A stretch of 51,176 bases of DNA from assembly GCA_001786195.1 (NCBI GenBank), contig MFVS01000024.1, forward strand, positions 1-51,176. Reading direction: 5' to 3'. The notes beneath the pieces are model-generated. The model ran no database searches and was not told the DNA's origin. It saw only the letters and a list, made by a program, of their open reading frames with translations. Source of the DNA: Candidatus Nomurabacteria bacterium RIFCSPLOWO2_12_FULL_40_42. Its GTDB lineage: Bacteria > Patescibacteriota > Minisyncoccia > Phycocordibacterales > UBA9973. Below, one piece after another: positions 29,496-38,559 of this stretch. The position numbers and the translations under genes were made by a program. Positions within the stretch are counted from its first letter, which is position 1. Each line of letters begins with the position of its first letter.

Positions 29496-30523
29496 TGAAA
29501 AATTTCTGGAAAGAACTCAAAAAACCTTTTTTCTGTCTGGCGCCGATGTCGGATGTTACTGATGTTGCTTTTCGCCGCATCATAGCTAAATACAGCAAGA
29601 ACAGGGAAAATAGAAACAGGATTGTTTTTTGGACTGAATTCGTATCAGCGGATGGTTTGTGCGACAAGCTTGGCAGAAAAAAATTGTCGCATATGCTTGA
29701 ATTTAGCGAGGCGGAAAGACCTATCGTGGCTCAACTTTTTGGTGCCAACCCGGAGAATATGAAAAAGGCTTGCCAATATGTCGCCAGCCTTGGTTTTGAC
29801 GGAATTGATATAAATATGGGTTGCCCGGACAGATCGGTAGTCAGTCAGGGGGCTGGAGCCGGTATGATAAAAAATCCCGAGCGGGCGCGTAAGATAATCC
29901 AAGCAGTCCACGCCGGAATCAAAGCGGCGGGATTAAATATTCCTGTATCGGTAAAAACCAGAATCGGTTTTAATAAAGAAGAAATAGATACTTGGATTCC
30001 AGAACTTTTAAAAGAAAACATCGCCGCTCTGACGATTCATTTGCGTACTTCCAAAGAATTGTCTCTTGTTCCGGCACAATGGGAATATATACAAAAAATA
30101 AAAGAACTTATAAAAAATAGTGGGAAAGAAATTTTACTCATCGGTAACGGCGATGTTAAAGACATTGACGACGGGAGGAAGAAATGTGAAGAATACGGTT
30201 GCGATGGAGTAATGCTCGGGAGAGCGATGTTTGGAAATCCTTGGGTTTTTGCCTGTCAAAGAGACACTTTGACACAGAATCAGATGTCAAAGTGTCTCTT
30301 TGACAAAACTACAGAAGAAAAACTTCGCGTCATGGTCGAACACACCAAACTTTTTGAAAAAATGCTCGGGGCTCACAAAAATTTCGCCATTATGAAAAAA
30401 CATTTCAAGGCGTATGTAAATGGCTTCGATGGAGCAAAGGAATTGCGGGTGAAATTGATGGATACCGTTGATGCAAAGCAGGTGGAAGCTGTAGTGAATG
30501 AATTTTTAATAAAAATAGGGTAG
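29495..30523 (+). CDS. dus: tRNA-dihydrouridine synthase
   Basis: LAPM, TEFVS, DINMGCP, SVKTRIG, GNGD, MLGR. Confidence 0.94.
   Translation: MKNFWKELKKPFFCLAPMSDVTDVAFRRIIAKYSKNRENRNRIVFWTEFVSADGLCDKLGRKKLSHMLEFSEAERPIVAQLFGANPENMKKACQYVASLGFDGIDINMGCPDRSVVSQGAGAGMIKNPERARKIIQAVHAGIKAAGLNIPVSVKTRIGFNKEEIDTWIPELLKENIAALTIHLRTSKELSLVPAQWEYIQKIKELIKNSGKEILLIGNGDVKDIDDGRKKCEEYGCDGVMLGRAMFGNPWVFACQRDTLTQNQMSKCLFDKTTEEKLRVMVEHTKLFEKMLGAHKNFAIMKKHFKAYVNGFDGAKELRVKLMDTVDAKQVEAVVNEFLIKIG
30254..30305. repeat. 21-bp-arm palindrome (two inverted small hairpins) in frame inside dus
   Basis: tgtcaaagagacactttgaca-10nt-tgtcaaagtgtctctttgaca. Confidence 0.88.
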
Positions 30524-30532
30524 AATAATCTC

Positions 30533-31627
30533 ATGCATGATTTGGCATTATATCGCAAATACCGCCCGATAAGCTTCGAAGAAGTCTTGGGGCAGGATCA
30601 TATCGTAAAGGTCTTGGAAAGCTCTGTAGAGACGAATAAGGTCTCGCATGCTTACCTTTTTGTGGGTTCGCGGGGCACGGGCAAGACTTCGGTGGCTCGG
30701 ATTTTTGCTAGTGCTATAGGTGTGTCGGCAAATGATTTGTATGAGATAGACGCTGCCTCGAACAGGGGAATCGAAGACGTCAAGCTCCTGCGCGATGGGG
30801 TACGGGTTCTGCCTTTTGATTCCAAATATAAAGTTTTCATCATTGATGAAGTGCACATGCTCTCCAAGGATGCTTGGGGCGCACTGTTAAAAACTCTGGA
30901 AGAGCCGCCGAAGCATGTCATTTTTATTTTAGCCACCACGGAGCTGCAGAAAGTTCCAGAGACAATTATTTCCCGCTGTCAGGTCTTCACTTTCAAAAAA
31001 GCATCCGACACCGCTCTCAAAAAAATGTTGATGGATGTCGCCAAAGCTGAAGGCTTTGAATTGGATGTCGGCAGCGCCGAGCTTTTAGCAATTTTAGCCG
31101 ATGGATCTTTCCGCGACGGACTAGGGGAATTGCAAAAAGTTTTAAATTTCCACCCCACCCTTCGCCCTCCCCTTGACAAGGGGAGGGTTGGCGAGAGGTC
31201 TGTAAAAATTACTAGAGAAGACGTGGAATCGATCACCGGCGCGCCGAAGACCACGCTGGTGAATAATTTTATTTCCTCGATTGCCGAAAAAAATATAGAG
31301 AAAGGGATTTTGGCAGTGCAAACTGCGGCAGAAGAAAATTTGGATATGCGGCTTTATCTCAAACTCATCATCGAAAAATTCCGCCTGGCGATAATCTTGC
31401 GCTATGCGCCAAAATTATTGGATGGCAGCCTCCCTGCCGGTAGGCAGGGAGATATATCGGAAGCTGATTTGAAATTTTTGCAAGAACTGGTGAAAAAAGA
31501 CTCGGGGGGAATGCTCCGCTCGCCGGCCATATCTACCCTGTTAGAAAGTTACCAAGACATAGATAACGCATTTATAGCCGAATTGCCGCTAGAGCTGGCA
31601 TTAATAAAAATTCTGGGTGAGAATTAA
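30533..31627 (+). CDS. dnaX: DNA polymerase III gamma/tau subunit (short form)
   Basis: LYRKYRP, GSRGTGKT, EIDAAS, IIDEVHML, TIISRC. Confidence 0.95.
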   Translation: MHDLALYRKYRPISFEEVLGQDHIVKVLESSVETNKVSHAYLFVGSRGTGKTSVARIFASAIGVSANDLYEIDAASNRGIEDVKLLRDGVRVLPFDSKYKVFIIDEVHMLSKDAWGALLKTLEEPPKHVIFILATTELQKVPETIISRCQVFTFKKASDTALKKMLMDVAKAEGFELDVGSAELLAILADGSFRDGLGELQKVLNFHPTLRPPLDKGRVGERSVKITREDVESITGAPKTTLVNNFISSIAEKNIEKGILAVQTAAEENLDMRLYLKLIIEKFRLAIILRYAPKLLDGSLPAGRQGDISEADLKFLQELVKKDSGGMLRSPAISTLLESYQDIDNAFIAELPLELALIKILGEN

Positions 31628-31670
31628 ATTTGTCTTTGACCAAAAGCCCTTTTTCGGTTAAGATGAGCTG

Positions 31671-32945
31671 ATGAGACAATCACAACTTTTTACTAAAACT
31701 AGGAAGGAGGCATCTTCCGAGGAGGTTTCCCGCAATGCCGAACTTCTCATACGCGGCGGTTTTATTCACAAGGAGCTCGCAGGGGTTTATAGTTATCTGC
31801 CCTTAGGATTACGAGTGCTCAAGAAAATTGAAAATATCATCAGAGAGGAAATGAACAAGGTGGGCGGCCAGGAAGTTTTGATGTCCTCGATGCAACCAAA
31901 AGAAAATTGGGAAAAAACTGGTCGCTGGGAGACCATGACAGATTTATATAAAGTGAGCGACATCTCGGGCAGAGAGGTTGCGCTCGGGCCGACTCACGAA
32001 GAAATTGTCGTGCCAATTTTGAAAAATTATGTTTCTTCCTATAAAAATTTTCCTAAAAATTCTTCTCTGGCTATTTATCAGATTCAAAACAAGTTTCGGA
32101 TGGAACTCCGAGCTAAAAGTGGCATCTTGCGGGGTCGCGAATTTATGATGAAAGACATGTATTCATTTCATACCTCTGCAGAGGATTTTGAAAAATTTTA
32201 TGAAAAAATGAAGGAGATTTACAAAACCATTTTCGACCGGGTTGGGATTGGCCACTTGACTTATCTCACTTTTGCTTCCGGCGGCACTTTCTCCAAATAT
32301 TCGCACGAATTTCAGACCATCACTTCGCTCGGAGAGGATACCATTTATATTGATGAAGCTAGCGGCACCGCTCTTAATAAAGAAGTGTTGAATGATGAAG
32401 TTTTGATCCAGTTTCATTTAATCAAAGAAAAATTGGTGGAGCATAAATCCATCGAAGTTGGAAATATTTTTGATCTTAAAACAAAATATTCCAAGCCCTT
32501 CGACCTGTCTTTTACTGACGACCAAGAGCAAAAACACCCAGTTTTAATGGGTTGTTATGGCATTGGGCTCTCCCGTCTCATGGGGACGGTGGTGGAAGTT
32601 CTTTCCGACGACAAAGGCATTATTTGGCCGGAATCTATCGCGCCCTTCCAGGTTCATTTGCTTGCGCTCGGTGAAGATAAAGAGGTAAAAGAGCAAGCTG
32701 GGAAAGTTTATGAAAGTTTAGAGAGGAATAATATTGAAGTTTTGTTCGACGATCGTGAGGGTATATCGGCTGGCGAAAAATTTGCCGATGCAGATCTTCT
32801 AGGTATGCCTTACCGAGTAGTTGTGTCAGAGAGGAGTCTGAAGGAGAAGGGCGTAGAGATAAAAAAAAGGAATGAAGAAAAAGGCAAAATTATTTCTTTC
32901 AAAGAATTATTAGCCCAGATAGCGCCTAAAGCCCTATCTATCTAG
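31671..32945 (+). CDS. proS: Proline--tRNA ligase (short form without editing domain)
   Basis: MRQSQLF, LGPTHEE, R.REF.MKD.YSF, MGCYGIG.SR. Confidence 0.95.
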   Translation: MRQSQLFTKTRKEASSEEVSRNAELLIRGGFIHKELAGVYSYLPLGLRVLKKIENIIREEMNKVGGQEVLMSSMQPKENWEKTGRWETMTDLYKVSDISGREVALGPTHEEIVVPILKNYVSSYKNFPKNSSLAIYQIQNKFRMELRAKSGILRGREFMMKDMYSFHTSAEDFEKFYEKMKEIYKTIFDRVGIGHLTYLTFASGGTFSKYSHEFQTITSLGEDTIYIDEASGTALNKEVLNDEVLIQFHLIKEKLVEHKSIEVGNIFDLKTKYSKPFDLSFTDDQEQKHPVLMGCYGIGLSRLMGTVVEVLSDDKGIIWPESIAPFQVHLLALGEDKEVKEQAGKVYESLERNNIEVLFDDREGISAGEKFADADLLGMPYRVVVSERSLKEKGVEIKKRNEEKGKIISFKELLAQIAPKALSI

Positions 32946-32984
32946 ATAGGGCTTTAGGCGCTATCTGCAAGGCGCTATCTGCAA
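32916..32984. repeat. Perfect 25-bp-arm palindrome plus 14-bp tandem duplication; supplies the proS stop codon
   Basis: cagatagcgcctaaagccctatcta-tc-tagatagggctttaggcgctatctg, then aggcgctatctgca x2. Confidence 0.9.
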
Positions 32985-32986
32985 CT

Positions 32987-34033
32987 ATGTTCGAAAAAAT
33001 TTACAAATTAATTTCTAACGACATCGGCATCGACTTAGGCACTTCCAATACCTTAGTGTATTTGAAAGGCCACGGCATTGTTATCAATGAGCCTTCAGTG
33101 GTGGCTGTCAATATCAAGACCAATCAAGTTCTGGCTGTCGGCGCTAAAGCTAAAGAGATGCTTGGCCGCACCCCAGGGCATATCAAGGCCATTCGTCCAT
33201 TAGTGGACGGCGTCATCTCGGACTTTGAAGTTACCGAAGAAATGCTTTCGTATCTGATTAATAAGGCGGATAAAATGTCAAAAAAATTAGCGCGGCCAAG
33301 AGTTTTGGTCGGGGTACCGACTGGCACCACAAATGTGGAAACGCGCGCGGTTTACGATGCGGCCTGTTCGGCTGGCGCGCGTGAAGTTTTCTTGGTAGAA
33401 GAGCCTATGGCGGCGGCGATCGGGGTGCGGCTGCCAATTAAGGATCCGGTCGGCTCAATGATCATCGACATCGGCGGGGGTACGACGGATATTGCCGTGA
33501 TTTCTCTTGGAGGAGTGGTGAAGTCCAAAAACTTAAAAATAGCCGGTGATAGATTGAACGACGATATAATTACCTATATGCGCGATGAATTTAAAATATT
33601 GGTGGGCGAGCGGACTGCTGAGATGGTCAAGATTGCGATTGGTTCGGTTATTCCCGGGGAATATATGGAGGCTGAAGTGCACGGACGGGATATTTTAACT
33701 GGCTTGCCTCGGGCGGTGACCGTGACGGATTCGGATATTCGCGAAGCTCTCGCATTCTCTATCAGAGAATTATGCGACGGGGTGAAAGATATGTTGGAGA
33801 CGACCCCTCCGGAAATTTTGTCGGACATCATGCATCGAGGCATCAATCTCTCTGGCGGCGGGGCCCTGATCTCCGGGCTCGACCAACTATTGCAAAGCGT
33901 TCTAAAAATTCCGGTATACGTGGTGGAAGATCCGCTTTCGGCGGTGGCCCGCGGGACCGGAATAATCCTAGATGATCTGTCATTTTTTAAAGAAGTTCTG
34001 ATTGGAAATCAAGATGAGTTACCTCCTCGATAA
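32987..34033 (+). CDS. mreB: Rod shape-determining protein MreB
   Basis: IGIDLGT.NT, EPSVVA, EEPMAAAIG, DIGGGTT, LSGGGA. Confidence 0.96.
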   Translation: MFEKIYKLISNDIGIDLGTSNTLVYLKGHGIVINEPSVVAVNIKTNQVLAVGAKAKEMLGRTPGHIKAIRPLVDGVISDFEVTEEMLSYLINKADKMSKKLARPRVLVGVPTGTTNVETRAVYDAACSAGAREVFLVEEPMAAAIGVRLPIKDPVGSMIIDIGGGTTDIAVISLGGVVKSKNLKIAGDRLNDDIITYMRDEFKILVGERTAEMVKIAIGSVIPGEYMEAEVHGRDILTGLPRAVTVTDSDIREALAFSIRELCDGVKDMLETTPPEILSDIMHRGINLSGGGALISGLDQLLQSVLKIPVYVVEDPLSAVARGTGIILDDLSFFKEVLIGNQDELPPR

Positions 34034-34832
34034 AAAAATACAAAGAAAGAAAATTTTATACGCCGTATTTTCGGCTATCATTTTGCTCGTCTTATTTTAT
34101 TTTAGATTCGGTTTGTGGAATGGTCTCGCTTATTTCTCCCATACCGTTTTTCGCCCGATTTTGATTTTTGGGAATAATGTTGGTGGAAAATTAAACAGCG
34201 CCCGTTCATATTTTGCTTCCAAAAATTCTCTTTACCTTGAAAATCAAAATTTACAGTCTAAAATAACTGAAAATGAAGCCAGAATGTCAAATTACAATTC
34301 TCTTTTGTATGAAAATGAGAATCTAAAAGAAATTCTGGACAGAAAAGATGAAAAAACAAAGGTGGTTTTAGGGAGCATTTTATCAAAGCCGAACCAAAGC
34401 CCATACGACACTTTAGTTCTCGACATCGGCGCCGATCTAGGCATAAAATCGGGCGAGAGAGTTTTGGCTTTGGGCAATGTGCTGATTGGGAGGATCGCAA
34501 ACATTTACCACAATTCTTCAAAAGTGATTTTGTTTTCGAGTAACGGCGAAAAAACGCAAGTCGTAGTTGTTGAAAAAAACCTGCCTGCCGGTAGGCAAGG
34601 TGTTTTTTTGGAACTAGTCGGGCGCGGGGGCGGGAATTTTGAAATGATCATGCCGAGAGACTTAAAGTTAGAGAAAGGAGACCAAGTAGTTTTGCCTGGA
34701 ATTATCCCCTATGTGGTCGGGATTGTGGAAACCATCATTTCTGACCCGCGCGATCCTTTTGTGAAGGCTCTTCTTACCAGTCCGGTCAATATACAGGAAT
34801 TGAAATTCGTGGAGGTAGAGACGCAAAAGTAA
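34014..34832 (+). CDS. mreC: Rod shape-determining protein MreC
   Basis: TM helix, coiled coil (EN..L), follows mreB; start set at ATG 34014. Confidence 0.88.
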   Translation: MSYLLDKKIQRKKILYAVFSAIILLVLFYFRFGLWNGLAYFSHTVFRPILIFGNNVGGKLNSARSYFASKNSLYLENQNLQSKITENEARMSNYNSLLYENENLKEILDRKDEKTKVVLGSILSKPNQSPYDTLVLDIGADLGIKSGERVLALGNVLIGRIANIYHNSSKVILFSSNGEKTQVVVVEKNLPAGRQGVFLELVGRGGGNFEMIMPRDLKLEKGDQVVLPGIIPYVVGIVETIISDPRDPFVKALLTSPVNIQELKFVEVETQK

Positions 34833-36162
34833 TGCATTTTAAAATTAAAAAAAAATTTCCGCCCGAGACGGATCCGCCTTTAGTGGAAAAAAATATTTAG
34901 GACGTGCAGGAATCTTGACAACTGCGCATGGCGTGATTCATACTCCGGCCTTTGTGCCGGTCGGGACCAAGGCGAGCGTGAAGGCCTTGACCCCAGAGCA
35001 GGTTTTAGACCTTGGCGCGGAAGTTATACTTGCTAATACTTATCATCTTTATTTACAGCCTGGGGATGAATTGGTGGCCGCGACCGGCGGCTTGCACAAA
35101 TTTATGAATTGGCCGGGTCCTTTGATGACGGACTCCGGAGGTTTTCAAGTTTTTTCTTTAGGGGCGGCTTATGGGAAAGAAATCTCAAAGATAAGACCCT
35201 TACCCAACCTCCCCCTTATCAAGGGGGAGGAGAAAGGAGGGGGTGCTGATGATTCAGATGCGCCTCGCCTGGCCAAAATAGGGTCTGACGGCGTCTCCTT
35301 CAAGTCGCATTTGGACGGTAGTGTTCATTACATTACGCCGGAGAAATCGATCCAAATTCAGCACAACCTCGGCGTGGATATAATTTTTGCATTCGACGAA
35401 TGCACTAGCCCAGCCGAAAATTTGAAATATCAAGAAGAAGCACTGGAGCGGACGCACAGATGGGCGGAGAGGAGTTTGGAGGAGCATAAAAGATTAAGCG
35501 CGGAAGAAAAAGCTTTCCTTGCGGGGTCGCTATCTTCGCGTGCTCGCGGAGCGTTGCCTCTCGGCTCGTCAGCCTGCGAGACACCCCACAATGAAACTTT
35601 TTCTTCCGCGCTTTTTGGCATCGTCCAAGGCGGGCGGGATGAAAATTTACGCAAGAGATCTGCAAAATTTTTAAGCGATTTGGATTTTGACGGATATGGC
35701 ATTGGCGGTTCATTTGCCAAAGAGGATATGTTTTCCACTGTCAAATGGGTGAACGAAGTTCTCCCCGAAGACAAACCCCGGCATCTCCTCGGCATCGGCG
35801 AGCCGGAAGATCTATTCGGGGCGATAGAAAATGGCTGTGATTTATTTGACTGTGTCGTGCCCACTCGGATTGCTCGCAATGGCCAGCTTTATACCCGGCA
35901 AGGAAAAATAAATATAACCAACGCTAAATATAAAAAAGACTTCAACCCTCTGGAAGAAGACTGTGGTTGTTATACTTGCAAAAGTTATACTTGCGCATAC
36001 ATTTCCCACCTTTTCCGCGGCAAAGAAATGCTGGCGGCAACTCTCGCTTCGATACACAATTTATATTTCATTGTGAATTTAGTGAAAAAAATCCGGCAAT
36101 CTATTCTAGATGGTAAATTTTTCGAGTTTAAGGAGGAGTTTTTGAAAAAGTACCCAAATTAG
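34832..36162 (+). CDS. tgt: tRNA-guanine transglycosylase; N-terminus out of frame at an A9 run (34847-34855)
   Basis: TPAFVPVGT, NTYHL, TDSGGFQ, GIVQGG, FDC..PTR, C.C..C Zn site; upstream LGRAG motif and ATG 34832 join only with one extra A. Confidence 0.9.
35496..35613. mobile_element. ~118-nt structured mini-element (family B) inserted in frame in tgt
   Basis: Terminal inverted repeats aagcgcggaagaaaaag/ctttttcttccgcgctt; homologous to 9347-9458. Confidence 0.75.
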
Positions 36163-36204
36163 CTTTACATTTTTTTGACAGCTGCTATACTGTTTTTCAG
36201 TTAG

Positions 36205-37623
36205 ATGTCAGACAAAAAAGCGATAAAAATAAAAACCCAAAAGAAGCAGCAGACGAATTGGAAAAAGTTTTGGAAACTCGGGGCGGAAGAATTCAATACC
36301 CAATTTTTCGGCGTTACCGAAGAAGGCGAATTGACTATCCGCGAAGGAAATTATATCTACAACTTAAACGATATTGTCAAGAAATATGGCACGCCGACAG
36401 AGATCGTTTTTCCCTTCATTCTCGAAGAACGTTTGGAAGATCTGCACGATTATTTCCTGGCATATATGAAGATTGGCGGCTATAAAGGTAAATTTTATTA
36501 TCACTATCCGATGAAGGTAAACCAAAATAAGGAATTTATCATGCCGCTTATTTCCGAGGGGGCGCATATGGAAGTGGGTTCCGTGAATGAATTATGGCTA
36601 GTTAAGAAACTTTGGGAAGGAGAAAAATTTTACTCCAAGCTTCGCGTTCTGTGCAATGGTCCGAAGACCGATGTCTATATAAAACTCATCGAGGAGCTTC
36701 GCTTGAAGAATTTAAGCATCATTCCGATTATCGAAGATGAGCACGAACTCGAACGCCTGGTGAAGTATAAAGGCGATGTCGGCATCCGGGTGAACCTAGA
36801 CACCAAGGCGGACACTCACTGGGATAAGAAAGTAGATCGTTTCGGTTTTTTTTCCAAAGAACTTCTAGATCTGCCGAAAATGAGAAATTTGAAACTTTTG
36901 CACTACCATATAGGCTCGCAAATCACTTCAGGGAAAAGCGTTTTGGAGCCAATCGAAGAAGCCATGAATTTATATATTAAGCTTCAAAAAAATCAGCCGA
37001 GTCTCGACACTCTCGATATCGGCGGCGGGTTCGGTATTCCTTACGAAAAAAAACCTTTTTATAATGCCAAAAAGATGTCGGAAAAAATTGTGAAGCTTTT
37101 AAAAAAAATGAGCGACGAAGCCGGTATCCGGCACCCAAACCTGGCTGTGGAGTGGGGAAGATACATCGTCGCCCCGGCGCAGATCACCATTTATAGAGTG
37201 ATTGCCGAGAAGCCAATCCCGAAGGCGAACGCCAAAAGTTGGTATGTCATTGACGGTAGTTTCATGAATGATCTCTTGGATACTTGGGCGATCCATCAAA
37301 AGTGGCACGTGGTGCCAGTCAACAACGCTAACACTCGGGCCTTTAAAAGCGTCTGGCTTGCCGGAAGCTCCTGCGATTCGGATGATAAATATACTGCCGG
37401 CGGTAATTATGTCCTCATGCCCAAGTTGAAAAAAGGCGAGCCGCAATACCTTGCCTTTTTTGACACCGGCGCTTATCAAGACGCGCTCGCTTCGCATCAC
37501 TGCCTGCTTTCCTCTCCAGCCAAGCTGATCGCGCAGGACGGAAATATAAAAATTGCGAGGAAGCGCGAATCGGCCGAATCGATCAGTAAACTTTTCGGCT
37601 GGAGCAACGGGGACCATAAGTAA
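36205..37623 (+). CDS. PLP-dependent fold III decarboxylase, closest in motifs to arginine decarboxylase (SpeA-like)
   Basis: YPMKVNQ (PLP Lys), HYHIGSQ, DIGGGFG, EWGRY, SCDSDD, GAYQD. Confidence 0.8.
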   Translation: MSDKKAIKIKTQKKQQTNWKKFWKLGAEEFNTQFFGVTEEGELTIREGNYIYNLNDIVKKYGTPTEIVFPFILEERLEDLHDYFLAYMKIGGYKGKFYYHYPMKVNQNKEFIMPLISEGAHMEVGSVNELWLVKKLWEGEKFYSKLRVLCNGPKTDVYIKLIEELRLKNLSIIPIIEDEHELERLVKYKGDVGIRVNLDTKADTHWDKKVDRFGFFSKELLDLPKMRNLKLLHYHIGSQITSGKSVLEPIEEAMNLYIKLQKNQPSLDTLDIGGGFGIPYEKKPFYNAKKMSEKIVKLLKKMSDEAGIRHPNLAVEWGRYIVAPAQITIYRVIAEKPIPKANAKSWYVIDGSFMNDLLDTWAIHQKWHVVPVNNANTRAFKSVWLAGSSCDSDDKYTAGGNYVLMPKLKKGEPQYLAFFDTGAYQDALASHHCLLSSPAKLIAQDGNIKIARKRESAESISKLFGWSNGDHK

Positions 37624-37663
37624 ATTAGGTGTTAGGGTCTAACGGCTAGGTTCTAGAAAACAT

Positions 37664-38122
37664 ATGAAAAAAAATTTCGCTATAGTTGTAATTTTTTTTA
37701 TAGTTTTTATTACTCTTAAAAGTTCACCTCACCCCTTAGCCCCTCTCCGAAACTCGGAGAGGGGTTGGGGAGAGGTCAAAATTGCCGGGCAAAATGTAAA
37801 AGTGGAACTAGCGATGACTCCGGAAGAACAGGCGCTAGGTCTTTCGGGACGGGATGAATTAAAAGAAGACGAAGGGATGCTATTTGTTTTTTCTCAACCC
37901 GGAAATTACCCCTTTTGGATGAAGGATATGAATTTCGAAATAGATATTATCTGGATTAGTGAAGATAAAAGAGTAATTTATATAAAAAAAGATGCCAGGC
38001 CGGAATCGTATCCAGAAATTTATGGGCCAGAAAATAGCGTCAAATATGTCTTAGAAGTTGTTTCTGGTTTTTCCGATAAAAATGATTTGCAAGTGGGGGA
38101 TGGGGTTCTATTTACTTACTAA
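37664..38122 (+). CDS. DUF192 family exported protein (with palindromic in-frame insert 37726-37776)
   Basis: Signal-like N-terminus, GLSGR, GMLFVF, FWMKDM.F.IDIIW, YVLE. Confidence 0.88.
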   Translation: MKKNFAIVVIFFIVFITLKSSPHPLAPLRNSERGWGEVKIAGQNVKVELAMTPEEQALGLSGRDELKEDEGMLFVFSQPGNYPFWMKDMNFEIDIIWISEDKRVIYIKKDARPESYPEIYGPENSVKYVLEVVSGFSDKNDLQVGDGVLFTY

Positions 38123-38142
38123 AATTTTGTAGTATAATGTAG

Positions 38143-38480
38143 TTGGTCCTGTATTAGATAGCTACTCCGACTTCGGTCGGGGAGGAAAGTCCGAACACGC
38201 AGTTTCGACCTTGGGTCGGAATTAAACGTAGCGGGTAACGCCCGCCATCCGCAAGGATTGAGGTGAGAACAGTGACGAATCCCTCACCAATTGTTAAATT
38301 GGTGAGGGGGTGAAACGGCAAAATCCTTACGCGCGTGCAAGATCGTGTTCCCTCACCAGTTTAACTTAAACTGGTGAGGGAGAGAATCGCTTGACCCTGA
38401 GAGTAATTGAAGGGCTAGATAAATTGCTATCGTCCGACTTTGGTCGGACTACAAAATTCGGCTTATAGATACAAGACCAA
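38143..38480 (+). ncRNA. rnpB: RNase P RNA
   Basis: GAGGAAAGTCC and ACAAAATTCGGCTTA conserved regions, P1 ttggtcctgtat/atacaagaccaa, TATAAT at 38133-38138 and downstream terminator. Confidence 0.93.
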
Positions 38481-38486
38481 GAACAT

Positions 38487-38516
38487 GAAAAATCCTCTCG
38501 CAAGAGAGGGTTTTTC
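38487..38516 (+). terminator. Intrinsic terminator of rnpB
   Basis: gaaaaatcctctc-gcaa-gagagggtttttc. Confidence 0.75.
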
Positions 38517-38524
38517 TATTGAGC

Positions 38525-38553
38525 TTGCATTAATTTTTAAACTATGCTATGCT
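38525..38553 (+). promoter_or_regulatory. Sigma70-type promoter
   Basis: TTGCAT-17 nt-TATGCT with extended TG. Confidence 0.55.
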
Positions 38554-38559
38554 CACTCC

